Shown in pieces: positions 51,896-60,843 of a stretch of DNA of 64,000 bases; position 1 is the stretch's first letter; each line of letters begins with the position of its first letter. A program made the position numbers and the translations under genes. Source of the stretch: Candidatus Bathyarchaeia archaeon (GTDB lineage: Archaea; Thermoproteota; Bathyarchaeia; Bathyarchaeales; Bathycorpusculaceae). The notes beneath the pieces were generated by a model that saw only the letters and a list, made by a program, of their open reading frames with translations, ran no database searches and was not told the origin of the DNA. Where the stretch lies: assembly GCA_049512075.1 (NCBI GenBank), contig JBEKXL010000001.1:96001-160000 (forward strand), written 5' to 3'.

Positions 51896-53725
51896 ATGTG
51901 TGGCATATTTGGTTGCGTCTTGAAGGAAGGGAACGCTGCACCACTGATACACGCTGCTCTGAAGAGACTCGAGTACCGTGGCTACGACTCAGTCGGCGTG
52001 GTAACCCTGCACGACGGCAAGCTCTACATGAAGAAAGACCAGGGAAAAATAGATGACGTCCACAAGCTCCACAATCTAGACGATTTGCCCGGCAGCCTGG
52101 GCATCGGGCACACAAGATGGGCAACACACGGTGCCCCCCTGCAAGTGAACGCTCACCCCCACGTTGACTGCAGCGGACGGATAGCTGTTGTTCACAACGG
52201 CATCATAGAGAATTTTGCCGACTTGAAAACGGAGCTTGAAAATCGTGGCCACGTTTTTAAATCCAGAACCGACACTGAAGTGATACCCCACCTCATCGAA
52301 GAAAACCTCAAAAACAACCCTAGCCTGAGCCTTGAGAAGGCGGTGCTAGAAGCAGTAAAAAGACTCGAAGGGTCATACGCAATAGCGGTCGTCTCCACGG
52401 CCGAGCCCAACAAGATAATCTGTGCAAGAAACGAAAGCCCACTAGTAGTCGGAGTCAATCAGGACGCGGCGTACTTTGGCTCCGACATCCCAGCGTTCCT
52501 ACCCTTGACAAACAAGGCAATCATCGTGGATGACGGCGAACTTGTCACGCTTTCAACGGAAGGAGTGGAAATTAAGAAGATTGCTGACTCGAAAACTGTC
52601 AAGCGCGAGCCGAAAATCATTGATTGGACCCCTGAAATGGCGGTCAAGCAGGGCTATCCACACTTCATGATTAAGGAGATTCATGAACAGGCCGAGTGCC
52701 TGAGAAACACGCTCAGGGTGCAGGAGCACTACGCTGATTTGATGGCCACCTTTCTCGACCGTGCACGAGAGGTGTACCTCGCCGCTTGCGGAACATCCTA
52801 CCATGCTTGTTGGGCAGCCTCGTACATGCTTTCAAAGCTTGCTTTCTTGCCAACCTACCCGGTCATCGCTTCCGAGTTCATAGAGCAGCACGGCAAATCC
52901 GTTAACATTGAGAGCACCATCTTGGCCGTGAGTCAATCAGGTGAAACCGCGGACACCCTGGCTGCGGTGAACGCCGCCAGACAGAGGGCAGCAACGATAC
53001 TGGGATTAACCAACACAATCGGTTCAACGTTGACGCGGGTTTCGCGAGTCTACATCGGCCAACAGTCAGGCCCAGAAATTGGAGTGGCGGCAACCAAAAC
53101 GTTCACCTCGCAGCTTTCAGTCATGGCCCAGCTGGCCTTGAGACTGGCAAAGAAGAGAGGCAAGGTTTCGCAGGACGAAATGGACTATTTGGCCGAGAGA
53201 CTGTGCAAGCTGCCGGACACGGTGCAAACGATAATCGACACGCAGGAGGAAAAGGCGAAGCAGATAGCGAAGAAATACAAGGACAAGAAAGACTTCTTCT
53301 TCCTTGGACGCGGAATCAGCACGGCAACGGCTTTTGAAGGCAGGCTTAAACTCATGGAAATAGCCTATGCGCCTGCAATAGCCTTTCCAGCCGGAGAGAG
53401 CAAACACGGCCCGATAAGCCTCATAGAGCCAGGTTTCCCCGTCGTCTTTGTGTGTCCAAAGGATGAGACGCATAAAACGTTGATAGGCAACATAATGGAA
53501 ATGAAAGCCCGAGGAGCCTCAATAATCGCGGTCCTAGAAGAAGATGATGAAGAAATCAAGAACCTTGTTGACGATTACATGGAAGTGCCCAAGGGCGTTC
53601 CCGAAGTTCTGTCACCAATAGCATTCATTATTCCGCTGCAATTATTCGCGTACTACATGGCTGTAGAGAGAGGGTACAACCCGGACATGCCCAGAAACCT
53701 GGCAAAATCAGTCACAGTGAAGTAA
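51896..53725 (+). CDS. glmS: Glutamine-fructose-6-phosphate transaminase
   Basis: MCGIFG, LEYRGYDS, GHTRWATHG, SQSGETADT, PRNLAKSVTV. Confidence 0.98.
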   Translation: MCGIFGCVLKEGNAAPLIHAALKRLEYRGYDSVGVVTLHDGKLYMKKDQGKIDDVHKLHNLDDLPGSLGIGHTRWATHGAPLQVNAHPHVDCSGRIAVVHNGIIENFADLKTELENRGHVFKSRTDTEVIPHLIEENLKNNPSLSLEKAVLEAVKRLEGSYAIAVVSTAEPNKIICARNESPLVVGVNQDAAYFGSDIPAFLPLTNKAIIVDDGELVTLSTEGVEIKKIADSKTVKREPKIIDWTPEMAVKQGYPHFMIKEIHEQAECLRNTLRVQEHYADLMATFLDRAREVYLAACGTSYHACWAASYMLSKLAFLPTYPVIASEFIEQHGKSVNIESTILAVSQSGETADTLAAVNAARQRAATILGLTNTIGSTLTRVSRVYIGQQSGPEIGVAATKTFTSQLSVMAQLALRLAKKRGKVSQDEMDYLAERLCKLPDTVQTIIDTQEEKAKQIAKKYKDKKDFFFLGRGISTATAFEGRLKLMEIAYAPAIAFPAGESKHGPISLIEPGFPVVFVCPKDETHKTLIGNIMEMKARGASIIAVLEEDDEEIKNLVDDYMEVPKGVPEVLSPIAFIIPLQLFAYYMAVERGYNPDMPRNLAKSVTVK

Positions 53726-53783
53726 ACAACCCAACATCGATATAGGCCTGCCAGCACAGCCTCATAGTCAACGGTGAGAAGGC

Positions 53784-54764
53784 TTGGAAGTATGGCAGAA
53801 ACTGTTGAGGTTTGATCCCCTCCCTCAGTTACTCTCCTCGAAAAACGATGCAATCGTGTTTTTTGCGAACCGCGACCTGCTAAGTGCGAGAAGAGGTTCC
53901 GTAGAGACGTTGTGGACACTCCCGCCTGCAGCAAAGATGCTAACGAAGCAACAGCAGGATGGTTCTTGGAAGTATCCCGGCGGTAACCTAAGCATTCGTT
54001 CGCGGGCCAACTACAATCAGCTCGAAACGTACCGGATACTAGGGGAACTCGTGGAGAAATACGGGTTCAACAAAAAACATTCCGTCGTGCGAAAGGCCGC
54101 TTCGTTCTTGTTCACATTTCAAACCGATGAAGGAGACTTCAGCGGAATCTATGGAAATCAGTACACTCCAAACTACACCGCAGGAATCATGGAACTTTTG
54201 ATAAAAGCAGGGTACGAGAGTGACTGGCGAATAGAGAAAGGGTTCCAGTGGCTCCTTGCAAAACGGCAGGATGATGGAGGATGGGCCATACCCATCCGAA
54301 CCAGAAACCTGAAGCTAAACGTCATAGCTATGGAAACCGAAACCGTGCAGCCTGACCAGTCAAAGCCCTTCTCCCACCTAGTCACGGGCGTCGTACTCCG
54401 CGCTTTCGCGGCTCACAAAACCTACCGGAGGTCAGATGAAGCGATGGCCGCGGGAAAGCTGCTGGCTTCACGTTTTTTCAGACGAGACTTCTACCCTGAC
54501 CGAGGCACGCCCCAGTACTGGACCAGATTCACCTATCCCTTTTGGTTCACGGATCTGCTGTCTTCACTTGATTCTCTATCGTTCTTTGGGTTCAATTTAT
54601 ACGACTCTCAAGTCAAGACAGCCGTACAGTGGTTTGCTGAAAAGCAGCAGAAAAACGGCCTATGGAACCTGTCCCTTCTGAAGAACGGAAAAAAGAAGGA
54701 TCTCAACACTTGGGTATGCGTGGCAATTTGTCGTGCGATCAAGCGTCTACACGGGGGAGTTTGA
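53784..54764 (+). CDS. Prenyltransferase/squalene-cyclase-repeat protein
   Basis: QW-like motifs QQQDGSW, QTDEGDF, RQDDGGW, QQKNGLW. Confidence 0.75.
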   Translation: MEVWQKLLRFDPLPQLLSSKNDAIVFFANRDLLSARRGSVETLWTLPPAAKMLTKQQQDGSWKYPGGNLSIRSRANYNQLETYRILGELVEKYGFNKKHSVVRKAASFLFTFQTDEGDFSGIYGNQYTPNYTAGIMELLIKAGYESDWRIEKGFQWLLAKRQDDGGWAIPIRTRNLKLNVIAMETETVQPDQSKPFSHLVTGVVLRAFAAHKTYRRSDEAMAAGKLLASRFFRRDFYPDRGTPQYWTRFTYPFWFTDLLSSLDSLSFFGFNLYDSQVKTAVQWFAEKQQKNGLWNLSLLKNGKKKDLNTWVCVAICRAIKRLHGGV

Positions 54765-54785
54765 GGCTGACAACGCATTCGTTGT

Positions 54786-55043
54786 TTATGGGCGTTCGAA
54801 GTTAAATGTTACTCCCCGTCGGAGCATGGTGGTTATGCTGTTTTTCAGCTCGTTGTAGCAAGCGCTCAGCCGTTTTGCGTCCTCCTTTGACATCCCTTGT
54901 GAGACTAGTTGTTGCTCAAAGGCTCTTCTGGCTTTTCGCACCCTCCATCCTAAGGTCAAGTACATCCAGAAAAGACTCGTGCCCATTATGGCCAAGTGTG
55001 GAGTTGCCTTGAACACCGCTTTAACCGTTGGCGCTACGCTCAT
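54786..55043 (-). CDS. Small hypothetical protein
   Basis: WRVRKARRAFEQQL...GMSKEDA.RL; SD upstream. Confidence 0.7.
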   Translation of the reverse strand: MSVAPTVKAVFKATPHLAIMGTSLFWMYLTLGWRVRKARRAFEQQLVSQGMSKEDAKRLSACYNELKNSITTMLRRGVTFNFERP

Positions 55044-55082
55044 CCTAATCAGCTCACTCCAAAGTTAGAGAAGACGGAGAGA

Positions 55083-55487
55083 TTATTCTTTCTCCTCTTC
55101 TCCGCTTTCCCTTCCTCGATCTATCGTACGATCGATTCTCTTGTCAAGCTTCTCGCGGATCCTTTTTTCAATTTCCTCGCCTATGTTCTCGCCAGATCTT
55201 TCGCCGTGTCTTCCTCCACCACTGCTTCTAAGCATGTCGCCTATACTGGTGAAGGTTCGCATGTAATCTTCGGTCAGTTTCACCGCTACCTGTTCAGGTA
55301 GCCCGCCGTTCTTCAGTTCTTTGTAGTATGCCGCCGCAGCCTTGCCCATGTTTCTTCCCGCTTCTTCTGAAAATACCGATGCCAAGAGGCTTTTTATTAG
55401 GGTCGGAACCTCAGAGGAGACGACACTGAGTATTTCTTTGATGTTTTCTGGGTCCATCTTTCTGTCCTTTCTTTCGTCATCAACCAT
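55083..55487 (-). CDS. Hypothetical protein
   Basis: AGGAGGTG SD; GRNMGKAAAAYYKELKNGGLPE. Confidence 0.75.
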   Translation of the reverse strand: MVDDERKDRKMDPENIKEILSVVSSEVPTLIKSLLASVFSEEAGRNMGKAAAAYYKELKNGGLPEQVAVKLTEDYMRTFTSIGDMLRSSGGGRHGERSGENIGEEIEKRIREKLDKRIDRTIDRGRESGEEEKE

Positions 55488-55759
55488 GTTTTCACCTCCT
55501 AAATCTCTTCACCCTAAATTCAGACGAAGTCTCTGCGAAACAGCCCCAGTTATGACCGCTTCCATTTGAACCCGTTCTGTTAACCGGCATGGGACTGCTT
55601 CAATTATCTTGGGTGAACTTGAATTATTCTCTCCCACAGAGACAAACAGGCTATGCTTTTTACGTGCGTCGTGCAAGTATCCAAACTTCATTTTTTCTCA
55701 GCTCAAACTATTAGAAGAGTGGTCACCAGAGTTAGGTGTTCTGTGCAATAGTGACCAGT

Positions 55760-56317
55760 CTAGTGGTCAGCCTTCTCTGCTAGCTCATAGGTGGGAATAC
55801 GTCCCTCAGCCTTCAACAGGACACCATGCTTCACCAGTTCTTTCACCCTGTCCCGCACTATGCGCCTGCTTGCTTTTCCTCGCATCGACGCCACTTGCCG
55901 CGTGATAGCCGAAATGTTCAAAGCTCCCTTTACAGCCAATGCTTGCACAACGCATCTTGAAATGTCGTCCTGAGCAATCGGCTTCTGGCGCAAGTATTTC
56001 TCAGCACTTTTCAAACGAGAAGCAATCTTCAACGGTTCACCGTACATTCCTATTCCCATCTTCGTCAACCTCAACGCGGCAGCCAGCCCCTCATACTCTG
56101 GCTTCTCAAGAATCAACTCTTCAAGAAGATCAAGTCTCCGAATTATTTGGTCGAGTTTCTTGCTCAATTCTTCCGCATTGGAAACGGAGGCCTCTTCCCC
56201 GCTCAAGTTCTCCCTGCCGCTCAAACGTGATTGAGTTACATAGTCACTCCATTGTTTAAATGGTTGACTACGCAAAAACCTCGGAGGCATAACAAACGTC
56301 CCCGACACAATCATCAA
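55760..56317 (-). CDS. Winged-HTH transcriptional regulator-like protein (start probably ~56241)
   Basis: [24 protein letters not shown]...[13 protein letters not shown]. Confidence 0.65.
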   Translation of the reverse strand: MMIVSGTFVMPPRFLRSQPFKQWSDYVTQSRLSGRENLSGEEASVSNAEELSKKLDQIIRRLDLLEELILEKPEYEGLAAALRLTKMGIGMYGEPLKIASRLKSAEKYLRQKPIAQDDISRCVVQALAVKGALNISAITRQVASMRGKASRRIVRDRVKELVKHGVLLKAEGRIPTYELAEKADH

Positions 56318-56433
56318 TTTACGTCTACAAAGGCGTCACCAATGAGAACGTCTGCCTGCCCACTCAACGTAGCATCGTTTCTTATTCTGTATCTTATCTT
56401 CAAATGCAAATGTGTTAATAACTCACTTTGTGA

Positions 56434-57161
56434 ATGTCTATTATGGTGCTTCGAGTGGAAGGAAGTGAGTGGGAGAAGCTCATCCAGAGCTTGATTAAGG
56501 ATGATATCCTCCGCTCTCCAAAGGTAATCCAGGCAATGCGCTCTGTTCCGAGGGAGAAATTCCTCCCCGAAAACATGCGATCCTACAGCGCTAAAGACAC
56601 GCCGCTTCCGATTGGTTTCGGGCAGACGGCTTCGGCGCCACATAGCCTCGGCTCAGCTCCGAGACTAGGCGAAACATGGTCTCAATCATGAATGAAGCCC
56701 TGCAGTTGGAATTAGGCAACAAAGTTCTCGAAGTCGGAGCGGGTTCAGGCTGGCACGCCGCCACAATAGCGGAGCTGGTTGCACCAAGCGGTGCTCCCCG
56801 GAGCGAATATGGCCATGTCTACACTGTGGAAATAGTTCAGGACTTGGCTGATTTCGCAAGAAAAAACATAATGAAAGCCGGATACGGCGACCGCGTCACA
56901 ATAATCAGCGGCGACGGCTCGCTCGGTTTCCCAGAAAAAGCCCCATATGACAAGATCCTAGTGACTGCAGCGGCGCCAGACATTCCGAAACCGCTAATCG
57001 ACCAGTTAAAATCGGGCGGCATCATGCTAATCCCTGTTGGAAGCGCATCTCTATTCCAAAACCTGATGAAAATAGAAAAAACAAACGGAAAAATCAAAGA
57101 AGAAAACCTCGGCGGAGTGGCGTTCGTACCTCTCACAGGAAAGCACGGCCACAGATTTTAA
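56434..57161 (+). CDS. pcm: Protein-L-isoaspartate O-methyltransferase, intron-containing: join(56434..56641,56674..57161), 231 aa
   Basis: [27 protein letters not shown] | [42 protein letters not shown]. Confidence 0.92.
56642..56673 (+). other. 32-nt bulge-helix-bulge pre-mRNA intron (predicted)
   Basis: CGCC/GGCG 4-bp helix, ACA and AAA 3-nt bulges, TAGCCTCGG/CCGAGACTA inner stem; canonical cuts restore CCA CAC ATG. Confidence 0.82.
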
Positions 57162-57199
57162 CTAATCTTCCCGGTTCTTTTCTCCTAGGCGACGTAGGA

Positions 57200-58501
57200 T
57201 TATTGGATATTAAGTTTATCCCTGTACGCTTCTAGATCCAGCCAGCCGTGTCCGCTGATGTTCATGCATATCGTTTTTTCCGCGCCCGCTCTCTCAGCCT
57301 TAAGCGCTTCGTCTATTCCTGCTCGAACAGCGTAGCTGGACTCGGGGGCGGGCAGCCATCCTTCAGTCTGCACGAACATTCTTGCAGCTTCGAAAATCGA
57401 TTTCTCGTCCACCGGATAACTCACTGCCTTGACGATGTTGTGTTTTTTCAATAGGCTTATGATTGGCCCGGCTGCGTGATAGCGTAAACCGTCAGCCCTA
57501 ATGGGCACCATGTCAGACTTGTGGCCTAAGGTGTACATTTTCAGAAGCGGAGTGTGTTCAGCCACGTCGGCGAAGTCATACCTGTACTCTCCCTTAACAA
57601 GGTTCGGCGCAGCCGCAGTCTGTGCTGCCAAGAATTCGCATTTCCGCTTGCCTTTTAAGACCTCGCCGATGAAGGGAAGAGCTATTCCGCCGAAGTTGGA
57701 GCCGCCGCCCAAGCAAGCGACGATCAAGTCAGGCTTCTCATCAATCATGTCAAACTGTTTAATCGTTTCAAGTCCTATCACCGACTGCTGCATCATAACA
57801 TGATTCAAGACCGAACCCAGACAGTACACACTGTTCTCATGCGCCTCCGTGTACTCCAACCCTTCAGAAATCGCGATGCCCAGAGAACCAGGGCTCTTCG
57901 GATTCTTCGAAAGTATCTCTCTGCCCATCTTCGTTTCCTTGCTAGGGGAAGCAAAAACCTTCGCGCCCAGAAGCTGCATCAAAGTTTTCCTGTCAGTCTT
58001 CCAATCATATACAGATCTAACCCAGAAGACCACGCACTCGAGGTTCAGGAGCTTGGCAGCATACGCGAGCGCCGTCCCCCACTGTCCCGCACCCGTCTCG
58101 GTGCTCAACGTCGTCTTGCCCTCCTTCATCGCGTAGTAAGCCTGCGCAATCGCCGTGTTCGTTTTATGTGAACCCGTCGGAGACAAGTCCTCACGCTTGT
58201 AAAACAGCTTGACCTTCTTCAACCCCAAGCTCCTTTCTAGGCGTTTCGCGCGGTAGAGTGGCCTCGGCCGGCCCATGTGAATGTACAGTTCCCGAATGTC
58301 TTCAGGAATGGAAATCCAGCTTTGAGCTGACATCTCTTGCCCAAGAGACTCTTTAATCATGGTTCTGCCCAGGTACTCCATCCGTGAAGGCCCCGTCTCA
58401 GGCTCCTTCGGAGGGGGAAGCGGCTCGGGCAAGTCGGGCATGATGTTGTACCACTTGGTGGGAAACTCGTCTATCGGCAGCGCAATCTGATCAGGTTTCA
58501 T
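57200..58501 (-). CDS. trpB2: Tryptophan synthase beta chain, TrpB2 type
   Basis: WYNIMPDLPEPLPPP, SPTGSHKTN, TETGAGQWG, LGSVLNHV, GGGSNF, GLRYH. Confidence 0.93.
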   Translation of the reverse strand: MKPDQIALPIDEFPTKWYNIMPDLPEPLPPPKEPETGPSRMEYLGRTMIKESLGQEMSAQSWISIPEDIRELYIHMGRPRPLYRAKRLERSLGLKKVKLFYKREDLSPTGSHKTNTAIAQAYYAMKEGKTTLSTETGAGQWGTALAYAAKLLNLECVVFWVRSVYDWKTDRKTLMQLLGAKVFASPSKETKMGREILSKNPKSPGSLGIAISEGLEYTEAHENSVYCLGSVLNHVMMQQSVIGLETIKQFDMIDEKPDLIVACLGGGSNFGGIALPFIGEVLKGKRKCEFLAAQTAAAPNLVKGEYRYDFADVAEHTPLLKMYTLGHKSDMVPIRADGLRYHAAGPIISLLKKHNIVKAVSYPVDEKSIFEAARMFVQTEGWLPAPESSYAVRAGIDEALKAERAGAEKTICMNISGHGWLDLEAYRDKLNIQ

Positions 58502-58572
58502 AACCGTTCACTATGTTGGGAAGCCTATAGTATGATGGGTTACGAATTAAAGATTTCCGTTGGTCGCCGTAA

Positions 58573-59607
58573 CTATCCGAACCACTTGTCAAGCGTCGTC
58601 TTTCCCTTTTGACTGGTAATGCCCTTCTGCATCTTCTCCAACGCTTTGCGAACACGGTCTTCGGAAAAGTCTCTCCCCCGGCAGATGAAATCTATCACGC
58701 CTTCTACGTCTGGCGCGCGCCACTCCAGCCTGTAACTGTCCGTCACCTTCGGATGCAGAAAAATCTCCCTAATTCTTTGAGGTTCAACAGGAAACTCTGC
58801 GTTTTCAACATGAACAACGGCTTGCTCTAAGCTTCCATACTGCTTGACCAATTTTAAGGCAGTTTTAGGCCCTAAACCCTTGATCCCGTCAGGGTTGAAG
58901 TCCGTTCCAATCAGTATTCCCACGTCAACCAGCTGCTCATAGGTTATCCCGCACTCGTTCAAAACTTGCTGCAACTCAACCAATTCCGGGACAACGTCAA
59001 TGTACACGTTTTTGCTGGGAAGCTTCCTTCTACCTGAAATGGTGACGTTCCTAACAAACCTCGGAGCGCCGAAGAGCAGGCTGTCATAGTCCTGACTTGC
59101 ACAATAATCAGCGTCTCCACGCTTGGCTACGTGCGCAGCCTGAGCTTCTCCCTCACTGGGCGCCTGAATCCATGGAACACCCATAAAACCCAAAAGCCTC
59201 TTGCTGTCCTCCGCCATGTAATCCTTCAGGTGCGACGTGGCCTGAGCGTACACTCTCGCCTCTTCAGGCTTACCCTCCCTCAACGCCTGCTCGTACCTAA
59301 CCGCAGCCTCCTCCTTCACCCTCATTCGGCGCTTAATCTCCACCTCCTTAAGAGCAGGCGGCGCGCCGTCAAAAACGTAAACAGGCTTTATCCCCAACTC
59401 CACTAAATTGCTCGTCCGATAAAGCAACCCGCTCAGGTGGCTCGTGACCCTTCCACTGCTGTCCTTCAACGGCGTACCGTCAGGCTGACGAATGATGGCC
59501 AAAAACTGGTACAAAGCGTTGTAGGCGTCTATGGCAATGGATTTGCCGCCAAAATCCTCAAGCTTGACAACTGTTTTGGGAACGAGGTCGCGGAGGTTTA
59601 CGCCCAA
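58573..59607 (-). CDS. fen: Flap endonuclease 1
   Basis: GVNLRDL, IDAYNALYQFL..IRQPDG, APSEGEAQAA, SQDYDSLLFGAP, C-terminal TLDKWF; TTG start at 59607. Confidence 0.97.
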   Translation of the reverse strand: MGVNLRDLVPKTVVKLEDFGGKSIAIDAYNALYQFLAIIRQPDGTPLKDSSGRVTSHLSGLLYRTSNLVELGIKPVYVFDGAPPALKEVEIKRRMRVKEEAAVRYEQALREGKPEEARVYAQATSHLKDYMAEDSKRLLGFMGVPWIQAPSEGEAQAAHVAKRGDADYCASQDYDSLLFGAPRFVRNVTISGRRKLPSKNVYIDVVPELVELQQVLNECGITYEQLVDVGILIGTDFNPDGIKGLGPKTALKLVKQYGSLEQAVVHVENAEFPVEPQRIREIFLHPKVTDSYRLEWRAPDVEGVIDFICRGRDFSEDRVRKALEKMQKGITSQKGKTTLDKWFG

Positions 59608-59909
59608 AAGTGACCCCGCAGAACATAGCGTCAAATCGCAGTAATAAACTTGCGCGCCCCTGCGCATCGAGGTCCAAAAGGCTTGAGGACTGTCTCGACG
59701 TAGTTGACGTTTTTCGTAAAATCATGTTTGGATCATACAGCAGACCGGGGCAGGTTGTGCCAGAGAACACGCTAACACGGAAACTGGAGAACATTGAATG
59801 ATAGCGCGTGTCGTAGACGGCAACGGCGAAGCAAGCCTGCCAGACCTGACCGTTCTGGCTTTGTATCACGGGCAACACCACCTACAAGTCCCTGACTCAT
59901 ACATTGAAA

Positions 59910-60014
59910 ATTACATCTGACATTACAAATAAAAGGGCGAGTCAACTCTGAACAGTGGTCCAGACTGATTTTCTTCATGGTTTGTAACAATACACATTAC
60001 ATCGGACATTACAA
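59910..60014 (+). repeat. 19-bp direct repeat, two copies
   Basis: ATTACATCTGACATTACAA (59910-59928) and ATTACATCGGACATTACAA (59996-60014). Confidence 0.7.
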
Positions 60015-60275
60015 GTGAAAAAGAGGAGCGACTTCGCTGGGCTATGATGCAAAAGGTGTTTCAGCACACTTGGATTAGCAGCGCGCGCTGGGTTTTGGGG
60101 TTCTTTGAATAAGGACTCTTTTGCAGTGGCGTATGGGGAGAATCCTGCGGCATCGTTTAGCAGTTCTGACCATGACATCAGCAGAAGTGCATGTAAGTGC
60201 TTCCATGCGAATTGTGTCTCAAACGATTTATAAGGAAGAGTCACAATTACAGAACCGTCACCGAGGACGTTCACC

Positions 60276-60464
60276 ATGACTGAAAGAGCAGCAACGTTAA
60301 TACTGGTCACGTGTACAAGCTGCAACAAACCCATCCCGCCTGGAGGGGAGGCAACCAAGTTCATGTGCCCAAGCTGCGGAGAAATCCAGATAAAACGTTG
60401 CAGAAAATGCCGCAAATTCGGACGCCCCTACAAGTGCCCCAAGTGCGGTTTCATCGGCCCATAG
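60276..60464 (+). CDS. Zn-ribbon protein, DUF1610 family
   Basis: CTSC..F.CPSCGE..I.RCRKCR....[10 protein letters not shown]; typical neighbour of EF-1beta. Confidence 0.92.
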   Translation: MTERAATLILVTCTSCNKPIPPGGEATKFMCPSCGEIQIKRCRKCRKFGRPYKCPKCGFIGP

Positions 60465-60479
60465 AATGAAGCGGAGGAC

Positions 60480-60764
60480 ATGTTGAAGATGGGTTCTGTA
60501 ATAGTAACGTACAAGGTTTTTCCAACAGACATAATAAACGATTTTGGCCCCATGAAAAAGAACCTGGAAACCATCCTGCCAGCTTCTTCGTCTGTCCACG
60601 GCTACGGCGAAGAACTCGTGGCCTACGGCTTGAAAGCCCTGCTGGTTCAAGTCAAGTTCCCAGAAGACCAGACAGGCCTCGTTGACGAGTTCGAAAAGAA
60701 GCTTGAAACCATGGAAGGCGTGAGCCAAGTGCAGACGCTCATGGTTCGCAGAACAAGCAGATAG
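60480..60764 (+). CDS. ef1b: Translation elongation factor 1-beta
   Basis: KVFPTD, EELVAYGLKAL, EGVSQVQ. Confidence 0.9.
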   Translation: MLKMGSVIVTYKVFPTDIINDFGPMKKNLETILPASSSVHGYGEELVAYGLKALLVQVKFPEDQTGLVDEFEKKLETMEGVSQVQTLMVRRTSR

Positions 60765-60843
60765 CTCCTAACCTTTGGTTAAGACATTTATATCGGAACA
60801 CTCTTTTGTTTCGAAACGCAGAATTGTTGTGGAAGGATTCTAG

